From assembly GCA_964057225.1 (NCBI GenBank), contig OZ059895.1, positions 5,394,001 through 5,458,000 of the forward strand: a stretch of DNA of 64,000 nt. Direction: 5' to 3'. Below are positions 38,974 to 53,522 of this stretch, one piece after another. A program made the translations under genes and the position numbers. The notes beneath the pieces were generated by a model. It worked only from the letters and a program-made list of their open reading frames with translations. It was not told the origin of the DNA and searched no databases. The first letter of the stretch is position 1; each line of letters starts with the position of its first letter. Source of the stretch: Auanema rhodensis. Its lineage: Eukaryota > Animalia > Nematoda.

Positions 38974-41692
38974 TTACCCATAAATGGGCTCATTTCCACA
39001 CTCTCTGTACTTTAGACGATTATCCATATCCTCCACATCAGGAACGTAATAGTGGGTCACTCCATTTTCACCCTCGATAATTGTCATTCTGAAACAAAGG
39101 ATATGAAAGTTAAACTCAAACTGGCATAAACTTACGTTGTAGTAGTTGTTTGACCTTTAGTGACAACACCAAGAACCGGGGCAATTTTATCTCCGACTTG
39201 CGGTAAAGAGCTCAGAGCTATAGGAATGGGACATGGGGCTGGGGGAGAGGATAAAACAGGCATGGTATTACTTTTGGAAGTTTGTACAGGAGAATTACAA
39301 GCTGCTGAATTCGAATTACTTTCACAATTGAAAGACGTCATCAACTCTTTTTGATGTTCAAAGCATTCTCGGCATAAGAAGTTAGACGACTGGGATGCCG
39401 GCTAAAATTGAAGTATACAGAACAATATATATGAAAAGTTTTATACCTTCTCGCACTGCTGATTAATACAGGTAATTAACAGAGATGAAGCACTAAACGA
39501 TCTACTAATTCGCTTTCTACTGTTACCATTCTAAATATAAAAATATTATGAGCAACTTAACTAAATGTATAAATTGATACCTCTAAGTGATTATTAGAAT
39601 TTTGAAAGCGTTCGCGAGCGGTTTTCATGTATTCTTTGATCATCTCATCCATATATTCATGGGACGCAGAATACAGTCGAGCAGCTATCACACAATTTGT
39701 GCGGGATAAATCGGCAGCGCATAACTTAAAAACAAAATTAAATTAAAAAAAAAGAAAGAATAAAAATTGCTTACTCTTGCATCAATGCCACTCTCTTTTG
39801 TTTTATTACTTGAGAGACGCAAAGTTCTCATGAACTGCTGTCTGATCTCGTTTAAAATCCTCCTCTTCTCCCTATTATCAGATGCAACACCTAAAAATAC
39901 CAACTATATAAAGCATAAATCAATATGAAAATTAAACCTGAAGAAGCAAGAGTCAGACTTTTTTCAGTATTTGTCACAGAGTTCGCTCTGATTGGTCTTG
40001 TCCTCCTCACACTACCTCTCCGAACTTCCAGACGAATAAGATCCATGTATTCACTAATTAAAGCTAAACGATCGCTATCCGACATTTCTAAACGAGCAGC
40101 AATACGAGTATCCTCGTCATCTTTCCACCTAGAAAAACAAACACATTAAAAAAAATTCAAATAAAGATAAAAAAACTCACCACGTAAAATCTGGCCCTGG
40201 ATCGGTAGCGAAATGAAGAGGAAGCAAGTTGCGATTAACATCAGTAATTGGAATTATTTCTTAAAATTCAATACTCTAGTAAATGGAAAAAAATAAATTG
40301 AAACATACGAGGCAAAGAAGAATCGTGACGCATTGGAACAAGAGGGGAAAAATGTGCGGAATCATAACAAAGAACTAGCGGTGATCTGCATATGAGCAAC
40401 ATAATTATAAAAAACACGAAAAAATTTAAAATTACCTATGGCATTGAACAGGAGAGCATTCCAACGGTAAGTAAACTCCGCCGAATGGAACGGGAGCTAA
40501 CTCCTCGCCTTTCGCATTTCTCAGAACCTATTAAATATAATTGAAAAAATATTCATTTTTCTATCCTTACCGTGTCGGATACAACGATAATTGGTCTCTT
40601 AAGAACATGAGCTAGAGCGAAGACATGAATAGCTTCCAAACTTTCATAGATTTGATCTGTGGAATCGGAACTAGTTTCATCAGTTTTTCTAATAAAATAG
40701 CGGTTTCAAGCGAGAAAAAGAGTGTGAAAACCTTGGTGTAGGTGACGCTAGCGATACAATATTATTGTTCCACTCGTTCATCCATTCTTCTTCTGATAAA
40801 GTCAAGCCAATATCCTAAAAAAAATTCGAGCCTCATCTCAATTTTGAAAATTCACTCACAGAATAGCTTTTATGTTCAGACCATTTCCATCTTCTCCAGA
40901 GTGCACTTCGACGAGTACCTCGTATGATCATTTCATACAAAGCTTCTCGAAGAGTGAGCTGACGATCATGAAGACCCCACATTCCAAGAGATGCAGCATG
41001 CAATAAGCAGTTGCCATCTCCTGTTGTAGACAAAGGATACAACTTTTCACCAAATTGAGACCACCAATTAAGGTGTTCTAAATTTTAAAATAGTAAATAT
41101 AAATATAATGAATGCAACATACTGGACGTTTCAAGTCGCCGCTGTGTCGGTGTTTCGATTAGATCTTTCTCCAAAAAGTTTCGAAAGTCCGGAGCTAATC
41201 TATCTAGGTCAGGTAAGCAGAATGCATATCCGGGCAATTGCCTACCAACCCAATCCGAAGCGGATACTTTGTCTAACAGGGAAAAAATTTTTAAAAAAAA
41301 CATAACTAGCCGTATTACCCTGTGAAGTTGAAGGCTTAATTTCGTCGTTCTCATCACGCACCCCCTCGATGTCATATTTTTTGAGAGCAGCAGCCAAGTC
41401 CCAGTCACATTCTAAATTTATAAGTGAACAATATAAAAAAGAATGCTAATAATAAGAATATTCTTAAAATAATAACTAAATGCTAGTAATGTAAAATAAT
41501 TTAAAGTGCTTCAATGTATAAATACGTAAACTAATAGAAAAAATAAAATTGTAAAATAAACTTACGTGAAAGAAATTCTTTGGCGGAACAACTAGAAATA
41601 TTAGTTCTAGCAATAAAATCATTTAGCGACTTCGTTTGTTCGGATGTCAGTGTCCCAGGACGGACATAAAAAACGCCAGGCGGCATACTCAT
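38974..41692 (-). CDS. OTUD7/Cezanne-type (A20-family OTU) deubiquitinase
   Basis: N-terminal UBA-like segment (..[10 protein letters not shown]), FLEKDLIE, catalytic Cys in [57 protein letters not shown], and catalytic His in [12 protein letters not shown]. Confidence 0.92.
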
Positions 41693-42357
41693 ATTTCTAT
41701 TAACATATTTGGTACTAATACACCTAAAATAATTCTAAAATGTATAATATATAACAGCACGCATTATGTAGAACAAAAATGGTTGCAAGTAATAGAAATA
41801 AACCTCGGAAAAATAATTATTTCTTCTAGTAATATAAACAAAATAAATGTAAAGCAAAAACTATAATTTACAGACAAACATACTAAAGTGGTAATACTAA
41901 AAGCTATAACCAAGAACTGATAAAGAATCTGTGAAGAGAAACAATGTTTTCGATAATCGTTTTATTAAGAACGGTAAATGTGTTTATCGTTAACTAAAAC
42001 TTAGTATACTAGTAAGAAACAAATAGTGTAACATTGATTTCAGGAATAAGATCATGAAACATTCGAAAAATTAACATAAAAAGCTTTTCAAAGCACTTAA
42101 GGCAAACAATGAATCATTCAACGCAGTCTAGTACACCACAACTGTTCTACCATTTGATGGCATCGATCCAAAAATTCATTCAGCAGGACCGAGAGAGTAT
42201 TTTGGCCATAGAGAGTGCCAGACATCAATTCATTGAAAATTCGTGACAAGACCAATTTAGTTAATTTCGAAAAGAAGCGGCCATTATCTATTTCTATCTG
42301 CATAAGAAATTTTATTTTCACCTAGATTTTTTTTTAAATTATGCATTGTATCTTAAT

Positions 42358-45300
42358 ATGAATTCAACGCATAATTCGGACAAAAAACACAGCGTAGGAA
42401 ATGATGAGCAGAATGGCGTGGGGGAGAACAAGTGCACGAGTAACTCTGCTGAGATTGTGGCTGAGCTTATTCGAGATGTAGAGAATTCGGAAAAGGTTTG
42501 AATTATTGTTATACAAATTCGAATCTTATTCTTATAGCCATTCAACGTTGCTGATTTGGCATATGTTTCGGAATCATCTAAAAGATCAAGAAAGGAAAAG
42601 AAGGAGCATAAGAAAGACAAAAAGAAGAAGAAAAAGAAACGGAAGCATGAAAGTCGTGGAAGGAGTAGATCCAGGGAAGATCGGAAAAGGTCAAAGAAAT
42701 CAAAGAAGCATAAAGAAAGGTACTCATTTTAGTTTCGAAACATATTATAAAATGAAGTTTAGAAGCAAAAGTCCGCTGGATTCAAAGAGAAAGTCGCATA
42801 AAATCCAAAAACCTTCTGAGGTATTATAAGAATTATTAAAATAAATCAACTAATTGTAATGGCTTTCTAGCCTCTAAAGCCGAAAGTAATTGAAGAAGAC
42901 GATGAAGACTTCACACTACGTGGTGATGTAAAGGCTGTAAAGGAAACTAAACTTGTTATAAATATCAAAACAGTACTTAACAAAGGTGGTTGACTCATCA
43001 TTATTTTGTTAGAATATTTCAAACTTTTTAGATAGCAATGTAAATAATCAAGGCAGTCCTGTGGACGTTAAGAAAGATTCTCAGGTTACTATTTAAAGTT
43101 TATGTTTATTAAATTAAGTATTTCAGTTTTCTGTTAGTGATTCGTTAAGCTCAAGTTCTCCTCAATATTCTAAATCTCAAGATAATATGAGCAAAGAAGA
43201 TAGGTAATAATATATCATCGTAATAAGTATTTTACTTAAAATATAATGCTTTAGTGAGGAATATGGACCTTTCACGAGTTCTCGATCCGCTTTCACAGAA
43301 AATGAGTCTCAAGTAATATTTTGAAATTTATTTGTGAGATTAGATTTGTTTTCCTTTACAGAATAATCCTGTTAATGATACAAGAGCTTCGAAAATAGCT
43401 GAAAAAACAGTAGCTAGAATAACTAAGAAAGGTAACTTGTAAATACAATAACAAATCTTATCATAACATACAGAGGAAAACAAGAGGCAGCTGAGGAAAA
43501 AAAGTAGAAATGATAGCTCTGAAGATGAAAGAGATCGTCGTTCTAAGTTAGTACAAATATAAATCAGTTGCATTCCCTTTTTCAGAAAATTAAGAAGAGA
43601 AAGATCACACAGCAAGGAAAAGAGTTCCTATAGATCAAGGTTTTGTCTTTCGTATATATTTTTTAATGTAATTTCGATTTAGACGCGACTCTCGAAGTAG
43701 AAGTAGATCTAGGGAACGTCGAAGACGTTCGCGATCTAGAAGCTATGAGCGGCGAAGAATTCGAAAGAGATATTCGAGATCACGAAGTCGTTCTCGCAGC
43801 ATTCCTCGAAATGAGAACAAAATTGATAAGGCAAAGTTGTTAGAAATAGCTCAGAGCAGAGCACAAAAGATAAAAACGGTACGTATAATAATCAGTCGTT
43901 GATGTATATGAGTTTTAGATGGGAATGTTAGATCCTAGAAGTGGCCCTCCCCAAAGCATTAATGATTTTGTCTGTAAGTTTCCCTCTTTTGTACATAAGA
44001 CAATATCCTGTTTTCAGCTTACTGCGCAAAAATTCAAAAGAGTCAGGAGAAAGAAGAAAATATAGAAAAGGGAGAAAATCAAAATTCAAATAGTGATAAT
44101 GAAACTGAAGGATTTCAATCAAGGATCAAGCAATCTGAACCGATTAAAATAAAGATTTCGGTATACTTATATTTGTATTTATCAAAAAAATATTATGATT
44201 GGTTTCAGAATGGAAATAGTGCATTAGTCTTACCTAGTAACGATCGTTCTGCTAATATAAATCTGATGTTCCCTGTTTCATCTGGAATCGTTCACAAAGA
44301 GCATCTGGTTAGTGACGGCATTACGAATAAATTTTGCATTTGGTTTTTTGTCCAGGATTTGCAATGGCAACGAGTTGAACCAATGAATACTCCTTTAACA
44401 TGTTCTACAGATCAAAAAAAATATTTAGCTATCACTAGTTTGGAAGCTGATAGGAAAAAATTAACTGTTCAACAAAAAGTAATCAGAATGTTTATCAGCT
44501 TATGATTTATTCCCATTTGTTTGCAGATGCCTAGTTTACCTCTTTTACCACCTCCACCATTACCACCTTCGTCACTTTTACCGCCTCCACCTGCCCCACC
44601 TGTTTTCAAGGTATTTTATTTGCTTGTTTGATTCAACTACAAAGTAACCTACTTAGGATTTATGTCCACCGCCTCCACCAATGCCTTCCCTTCTCGTTTT
44701 GCCTTCCGAGAATGATCTGATAAAAATGGAATCGTCTACATCTTCTGATAAAATTGCTCAGGTAGTAGCCCAACGTCTTGTTGCTCAAAACGCTTTATAT
44801 TTGAATCCTAATAATAATGATGCTCGTACAGCTTTATTAAAAGCTGAAAAGCAGGTGTGTACCTGTGATAATTCAAATACCTTTTTTGGATATGTCTAGA
44901 TGGCATCATGGTCAAATGTTCCTGGAAAATTTACTGGTTCTACAGGTGTGACCGTTCTGACTCCCGAAGAGCTGCAGCCATCAGATTCTCGTTATGTTGC
45001 TTGGACAAAGAAGGTAATTTTAAACGTTTCAAATATTACATGTCCGCATTACTATGCTGTCGCTGTCTGTTAAATCAAAATTTATTTCAATAAAAACTAT
45101 TTCTTTTTTCAATTCAAAACTATACTTTTGCCCTAGATGGGATCATCTTTATAGAAACAAAAAGAGATAACTTTTTATTGAAATTTTTTTTGATTTAAAA
45201 AGACTTTACTCTACAGGAATTTGATGTAGCTGCTTCCAACACTTCTACTGGTTTAATGTCCCTCTGATAACGTCGTTTTCTCTCTCAGGATTACTTCTAA

Positions 45301-46002
45301 AACTATATTTCTGTGAGTTTTTCTTCCTTAATTTATTTCTTTAAATCTTACAGAGTTATTCCATTTATCTTCGAGGTTTAAAGAAATAAATTCCGGAAGA
45401 AAAACTTACATTCAATTTCAAAACAAATCATTTGATTTCTTCAACAACTTATAGCTAAGCTTCTAGGATATATTCAAGACTTCTCCTCTCTCTTCTAATG
45501 AAGTTGGCCACAAATTATTGGTAAAAATGGGTTGGCGACCTGGTGAAGGTTTAGGTCGTGAAAAAAATGGTTCTTTGGAACCTTTAATTCTTGATTTCAA
45601 ATGTGATCGTAAAGGTAATCAAATAGTAGAAAATTTTTATAAGAAAATAATTGAAGGGTTGCAAACTGAAGATGAGCGTAAAATATCGAAAGCTTTGAAA
45701 AACCCTCCAATACCGAATAATGATCTTAGTAAGCTTTTATCCTTATTAGTTATTCTATTTCAATCTGTTTAGGTAAACATCCCGTATCTCAATTAATGGA
45801 ATTATGCGCTAAAAATAGGTGGTCTGTTCCACAATATACGTATGAGGAGTCGGGTCCTCCTAATAACCGGGAATTTATTTGTACAGCAATTGTTAATAAA
45901 GTCCAATATACAACTAGGACTGTTTCGAGAACTAAGAAGGAAAGTAAATCCGTAATATCACAGCATGTCCTTCAAACTTTTGGGGTTTTATTTTCTTCCT
46001 AA
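42358..46002 (+). CDS. SON: SON-like splicing co-factor (K/R-rich, RS domain, G-patch, dsRBD)
   Basis: K-rich N-terminus; RS repeats at ~43680-43800; KIDKAKLLEIA; VPGKFTGSTG; G-patch KMGWRPGEGLGREKNG; DSRM KHPVSQLMELCAKNRWSVPQY...SGPPNNREF. This is the SON domain order. Confidence 0.9.
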
Positions 46003-46365
46003 TTTTACCGGTATTTTCAATGCTCATCTAATACGTGTCTCCACCGTGTATCTACATTTTAATTATTAAGCGATATTTAATATATGATATGTCTAAATAT
46101 AGCATATAGAGTATATATGAATATTGTTTATTGCAAATTTTTTCCATAAATCTGAGCTATTTCGTATCATGAGGTTACACTTTAATTGATGTTTGAATGT
46201 TTTGATTTTGTCTATATTGAAAATGAAATTATATTTGGTACATTTTCTGTTTTTCAATTAACAAAAATTGCTTTAATTTCAACGAATTTTTACTATTTTT
46301 AAACATGCTTCAAGGTTATATGAGATACGAGAAAATTCCTGAGTAAAACAAAACAACAATTCAAT

Positions 46366-49300
46366 TCAACAAGATAAAACCATTTTCTTTAATTCTTCTC
46401 CCTTAGCATTCTTTAGCATAGCCAAGGTAATATCGCCACTCTTATGTTCCATAGATTTTAAGGAATCTTCAGCTTTCTAAGAAAAAGAAATACTTTATTT
46501 ATACAAAATGAAAGCATTACCTTTACTACAGCGTCTGAAAAACCTACCATCTTCGCTACATGAATTCCAAAGGAACTTTGAGCAACCCCGGGATGAATTT
46601 CATAAAGCAGAGATAACTTTCCACCATCAGCACAAACAACCATTTGCATAGCTACAGCTCCATCCTCTTTAGCCAACTCAGCCATTTCATGGAAGTGAGT
46701 AGCAAAAATACAGAAAGACTTAACACGCTTCAAGATATCCCTGTAATATTTCCAAATGGTTATTGAAGATATATTCAAATAACTGACGAAGCAATAGCCC
46801 AAGCAATACCAAACCCATCGAAAGTTGAAGTTCCTCTTCCCAATTCATCGATAATTACCAAGGAATTGGAAGTTGCAGTCTAAAAAATACAAAATTCAAA
46901 CATTAATCAATTAATATTTGCCTCAAGAATGGAGGCACAATCAAGCATTTCAGCCATGAAAGTGGAGATTCCTCTCGTTTGTTGGTCAGACGCTCCAACT
47001 CTAGTGAAAATTCCGTCGACTATAGATATCTTAGCAGTAGTGCAAGGCACATAACATCCTAAAATGGATGCATTATAAATATTACAATATGTGCAAAAGT
47101 TACCTATCTGGGCCATAAGAACAGTCAGAGCCGCAGCACGAAGATAAGTACTCTTACCACCCATGTTAGCTCCAGTCAAAATTACCAAACGATTATTGTC
47201 TTCAAATATGCTGTAAAACTTGGAAGCCAAATGAAGAACCAACCGAATCTAACATCATTGGGAATAAACTGTCCAGTAAGAACAGTTTCAAGAACAGGAT
47301 GACGGCACTTCTCCAATTCCAAAACACCAGAGCCTAAAATCAAACGTAATATATCGTAAATGAAGTAAACTTAATAAACCTGCAGAAAAAAGTTCGGGCT
47401 TACAATATCCATTAGCAGAATTAGCAGAAACAGAAGCAAATGAAGCCAAAACATCAATTGTAGATAATGTGGCATTAAGTTGTTGAAGTGTTGAAGCATA
47501 ACCAGCTAAATAAACAAAAACATGCTATCAAAAATGAATATATACCGCAAGTTTCAATAACTTTCTGCTCTAACTCTTCTTGAGCCGCCTGATAAATATT
47601 GTTTAATTCTTTATAACTGAAAAAAACATGTTAATACTAAAAAACACTCTGCAGAAATAAACCTCTCATTCAAGGAATCCAAGGCCGAGTTAGTAAAACG
47701 GATTCCACTGCCTTTATTTACATCTACAATTTTAATTCCACGAGCACTTCGAATCTTTCTTTCCTCCTAAAAAAGTAATTATCACTTAAAAGGGTTAGAG
47801 TTTCCGAACCTTGAAGACAGTTCTATATACAAAACCATGGTTTGGAGTATGGTCCAATTTAACTGTATCAATATCAGATAGCTCAGAATGAATCTAAAAA
47901 CTATATAAAACTTGCGCAGAAATTATTTGTGTCCACCTTCTTGCGCGCTTTTTCACATTGAGACTCAATTTTCTCCATTTCTTGCGAAATTCTCAGCAAT
48001 TCTGGGTCAATTTCAGGTTTAATTCTAAAAGTACCATTCTTTTCATAGTAATCGGCATCAATAGTGCTTTGAATAAGCTGAGCAAAACGTTCAAATTGTG
48101 CAATAGCTACACAGACAGGCTCCTAAAAATAAAAAACTTAATGTAATATCAGATTATATTATCTGTATACCAATAAAAGTTCCTTGATAGCTCCAGCGGC
48201 TTCTTCATCACTTTCAAAAATTGAACGAATGGTCTTTTCAAAACGATAGAGTACTAATATACATTGATATACTCGATAGCAATCCTCAAATGAGCAGCTA
48301 CATAAAAATGTAAGTGTAAGGCTCATACTTGAAGCTTAGCCTTGCTCTGGATGAGTTTGCGCGACAGCTGGGTGAGATCAGGTACTCTTGGAAGCAAAGC
48401 ATCAGTTAAGTTCATGCGAGCCTCATAATTTTCAATAAGGGATGTGACTACTTGTTGTCTTTCAAGGATAATACGTAGATCACATAATGGACGAGCAATC
48501 CAATCTCCTAATGACAAGAAATTAAATTCAAAACAAAAAATGAAAAGATCATACTCAACAATCGTTGTCCAGATACTGTCTTGCATCTGTTGAGTAAACC
48601 AAAGAGAGTTATAGAGTTATCTATAAACAAAGCATTGATAAAAACGGAGTGTAAATAGAACTTCACCTTGGAAATAGTTCAGATCAAAAAGTTCCAATGC
48701 ATGTACAGCTGCTGAGTCAATGTGCATGAATCCGGAGGTTCGGTAATCAGATAAGCGAAATTTACCAGCAAAACCAGTTTGAGTTCCCATTTTTAAATAA
48801 TCATGAAGGGAACAGAGAATGTTTTTAAGTTGCTCAGAAATTTGTTCAGCTAAATATATAAAATAGGCTGTACATTTAATAACATCAACATACTCTGAGC
48901 TTGATCCTCATTTCTTAAAAGGCTTAAAACATCAGGGAAAGAGCAAGATTGCTTCTCGTTCCAGACAGTTTCCATGACATGAGTTCTTTTTAAAAGGTTA
49001 GAAAGCGCTTTCTTTCTGGGATTATTTTCAGATGGGAATGTAATACATTCTCTCGGACTCATCGCCACAATGCACATCTGAAGAATTGAACATGTTGCTC
49101 AGGAAAATTTCCAATAAAACCTCAATCTGAGAGAAGTGAGGAGTATCATTGAATTCAGTAGTTAGAAGACGAAGTTCAGCAGTATCCCAGACACACAAAA
49201 GCACATGATTCTAGAAATAAAAGTAAATTTCCTAACATCTAACAACTAGAAAATACAGTTTCGCCCGGTGTCAATTTTACAGCCATTATATTGGAAGCTC

Positions 49301-49799
49301 CATTGCATTCTCCCACAATATCTTCAAAATCGCCGGCATTACCCACGGTACCCTAAATGATAAGGAATTTTTGAATTTTATCGAATTTTTTTGAAATACT
49401 TTGGCAATAATTTTCCATTCGTTATCTTGTAATTCATACAATTCGACACGATATCTTAAAAGCATCAAAAGTTCACGAACAACTTTTCGATACTGCCCGT
49501 TATTCATAGTGAGATACTGAATTCGAGTATCATCTAAGAAACAGCACATGTAGATCATAAAATAGTGATAACAAACAAACCAGAGAGTGTGATTGACTTC
49601 AAAAGTACATCACTTCGAAAGACTTCAGTAGCGAGAAAATTAGCATCTTCTCTATATACAGAATAGTAATCCTACAAAGGGGAACTTTTATTAATTTAGA
49701 GATTGGGCAAGAACGAACCCCCTTATCAAAAATCGCAACAGTACCCGAGGCTTTTGCATTCAAAACACGAAGAAGAGACTTGTCACTTTGAGGATCCAT
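46366..49799 (-). CDS. msh-2: MutS homolog 2, DNA mismatch repair
   Basis: Walker [60 protein letters not shown] and [15 protein letters not shown]-terminal MSH2 mismatch/connector domains. Confidence 0.95.
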
Positions 49800-50141
49800 A
49801 ATTATATTGACTTGTTAGTTTGCTTGTAATTTGAGATCTGGAAGGTAGGCAAAATAGAAATTGAGTTGAGACAAGTTCAAACAAGTTCCCTATACAGATC
49901 TTCAAAGGTAACAATCAAGCATAACCAACTATTAAAATTGTACAAACTTGAAAATAAAAAGCTAATTTATTCAAAATAAAGACAGATCAAATCCAATTTA
50001 GTGAAGTTGGATAAAAGTGAAATGCATTGCTTTTAAGGACATATAGTGAACAAGGATAGCTCCAGCACTAAAACACCGAACGGAAAAAGATCGCGGGAGT
50101 AAGCAGTTAGTTCCAAATAAATACTACATATATAAATTAAA

Positions 50142-51258
50142 TTAAAATGTGTCAGAATCGTCCAAATTTACAGCATTAGCCTTATCAACCAAATCCTCCG
50201 CTGTTTCCACATTAATACCGAAAACGTTGTCCTGAAACAACTAGTTGTATATTCAGTTTTAAACAAAACAATTACATCAGTTTCATAAAGGATATTTAGC
50301 ACTTCTTGGGGATCAATCTTTTCGCCTTCGGCGGCAGTGCACATGTCTTCTACTCGTCTTAGTTTACTAAAATAATAATCACGTTCTCTCTCCATTGTCC
50401 CGCATGACTCGGTAATCTGAAAAAAGTTTGCACTTACAATACACTCAATACACTATTTAACTCTTATCAAAGTTTACCTGTTGGTTATGTGTTTGTAAGA
50501 GTGCAATGTCTTCTTCATATTTTTGTATAATAGATGAATCTGGACCCCTAGCAGATCCACTAGAAACAGCAGCTACTGCTAAATCAACCAACTTTGAAAA
50601 AAAATAGAAAAGAGAACCTAACGTTTAGCTGTTGTTCGGCTTGAAGCTTGGGCAGCAGCTCTAGGAGCTGGGGCAGTTCGAGCGGGAGGAGCACGGACAG
50701 AACCCCCTTTGCCTCCGGCAGGAAAAGGCTACAGAATCAACATGATGCATGATTAGAACTGATAAATAGTTACCTCTCCGCTTCGAGCTGCAAGGGCGTC
50801 ATAATCTTCGCCCGAATAATTAGCATGGAAAAATTTATAAAACCATTGAAGAAACTCGTAGTTGTCTTGGAATTTGGCCCTCATTAAACTCTCAACTCTA
50901 ACAGGCTGAAAACTGAACATTCAAGAGAGAGCTATAAGATGTAAGCACCTTATCAACACCAATAGCTTTCCAAGCAGTTTGGAGAATTTTCCAGTTGTTA
51001 ATGAAATCTACCTCATTTTTACTGTTCCATTTAACCTAAAAAATGATATTACATTTTTGAAAAGTCACTTTTAACTACTTTTTTCAAACTGATTCCATCT
51101 CTAAAAAGCAGGTGTGTAAGTTGACAGTATGCAGCTCCAGTAGACATTTCTTCGATTTTTGACAAACTTGCTTTGAGCAAATCATTAACCCAAGCCAATA
51201 GCTCATGTCTTGATACATTGTCAGTAGTTACTGCAGATACATACACGTTGTTAACCAT
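50142..51258 (-). CDS. ebp-2: EB1/RP family microtubule end-binding protein, closest to EBP-2
   Basis: CH domain [25 protein letters not shown]...[12 protein letters not shown]...[13 protein letters not shown]; EBH domain [16 protein letters not shown]; acidic-aromatic tail LDDSDTF*. Confidence 0.88.
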
Positions 51259-51528
51259 AATTGCCGGATATCTAAAAATATTGAAATTCTTACTAAGAAC
51301 ACCGAAAGCGCATCTATTAAAAATGTATTGATATATAATGATAGCATTCAAAAATAATACTGAAAATGATAAAAACTGAGTAATTCAGAGGCGATTTCTC
51401 AGACATGACCACGAAAGTCGATAGCTGATCATCCAAATCCTAAACTGAACACTTCCGAAATGTTTGCTTTAAAAATCATCTACCATACGCGACGTTGACC
51501 GCCACATTGGCGCGCGAGCGTCGGAAGA

Positions 51529-51565
51529 TGACCGGAATTGACCAAAATGACCAAATTGACCAAAA
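51529..51565. repeat. Four tandem TGACC(A/G) units, 9-10 bp period, upstream of ebp-2
   Basis: tgaccggaat-tgaccaaaa-tgaccaaat-tgaccaaaa. Confidence 0.7.
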
Positions 51566-53522
51566 GGAGAAAAATCAAGCTAAAACATTGGAGCTCATGA
51601 AGAACAAAGACGCGAACTGTACTTAAGTTTCGAGCGGTTCGAGCTCCGTTTTGAATGTTTGAATTATTGTCGTTCGCTCTATTACTGTGCCATTCAAAAG
51701 AAAATTAAATTAGCGTTGGCGCGTTTTTTGATGTCAATGGAGCGGAATGGCGGTAGAATTTGATAAAAGACCACGATACTGGTCAGAAAATGTTATTTTC
51801 AAAATAGAAGATTGTAATAGAATCAAGAATCAAACTATTTAATACTGATATATGTTAACAAAAATAACATTTAGATATTTTTAAAATTTATAGATGTATA
51901 TATTTTAAGTAAAGAAATTATTTGAAATAATATTTCTATGGCGACAAAAGAAATTTATAATATAGCCATATATGAGTAAGCGAATTGTATCACACAAACG
52001 CATAAACCACTAGCAAGAGGTTTATACTAGAAGAAAAATATTAGTTGCGCTCATTTTCTATAAGAAATCATGTCACAAATAGCAGATATACATACTATAT
52101 TGTGCAAATGTTATTATCGATGAGTCTTATAATATTCATTTGCAATGCATTACAAATTTGTGGAGAACAATTTATACTTTTGCCACCCCTCTCTTTGGAA
52201 TATTATAAGATTAAACTAATAATTCTGGAGAATAAACGTCAACTATAAAATAGGGAAAGGAATGAAAATATAGGCAGTTAGTGTGGATAGGCAATCTGGA
52301 ATTAGTGTTGACTGTAGACAGTAAAGCTGATCCTATCAATAAGCCATATTGTAAGACATGAAAAATCTAAATTTGAAATAGATAGTGTCATTATCTTCCT
52401 TATATGTTACTTCCCTTTTTGAATATCTCTATGTTTGGTAGATGAGTCGAACACCTTATATATTAAATTAATAAATAATATCTTAGATGATCACATTCCA
52501 GAAGAAAATATTCAAAAAGTTATGCGGATAACGCTCGATGTCGGCTAAGTCAAGGAAAACTATTTGAAACTGTAGGGGACTGAATGAAACTGTTTTCATA
52601 TTGTTTAATCAATATTATAGTAAAGTATAAGGAAAAACGTAATATTCTTTTTTGCATGAACGAGCAAAATTATTAACGCCCATGATCAATAAGAAGATCT
52701 GGCTTCTCACTATTTATATAAGGCATTGTATGTTAAACAATTGGTATAACCAAAGGTTCTAAAATTATTCAGGTTCTTTTCAGATCTATCAGATTTTTTT
52801 TTGAAATAACATTCTTTAAAATAAGTTGAATATACAAATAAAACATTAGGAAATTAATATTTCTTTTAATTCGACGGAAAGCAACCGAGTATCTCAAAAA
52901 AATATTAAAAAATGTAATTCTTTAAGCCGTTTTCACGTGCATATAGCACGATCTATTCATAATATCATAAACACCTAATTCAAAATATTAAGAAATAGCA
53001 TTATATTGAATGAAAATATTAATTAATAGAAGTTTATTGTCACATAATAATCACATAACATAATTTTTTTGCTCTCTGAGACTCATTTGAAATACCCGTA
53101 CTAATATTATTTTCTCAAAGAAAAAAAAAAGAGCTTGTAAGATAGGAAAAACCGGATAGTTACGGCAATAAGTACCAGAGAAGCAATGATAGACAGTTTC
53201 AAATGAGCAACTTATAGAAATAAATAATACAATCTTACAAACTGAATAGCCAATCATGCACTTTTTCATATAGAAATGTATTTTGTGTTTTTAACAAAAG
53301 TATAATTAAACTTTGGGAGATCTATATGGCAACTTTTAGATGGTGAAGAAGGCTTTTGGCAGAATATTTTGAGGAGCAATTAACGATAAAAGTATAAGTT
53401 GAATACAATATTTTAAATATAATAATTGTTTTCTTAATCCTTGCACACATATCATATTATTTGAAAATAATAATCTTATTATTGAGGAAATGCATTATCT
53501 TCGTGAACTTCCTCAAGTACTA

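Larger units (their letters stand above)
46366..51258 (-). other. Probable operon ebp-2 > msh-2
   Basis: The ebp-2 AATAAA (49971-49966) lies ~130 nt before a CCTTCCAG acceptor (49838), which is 39 nt upstream of the msh-2 ATG. The spacer is U-rich. Confidence 0.65.
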
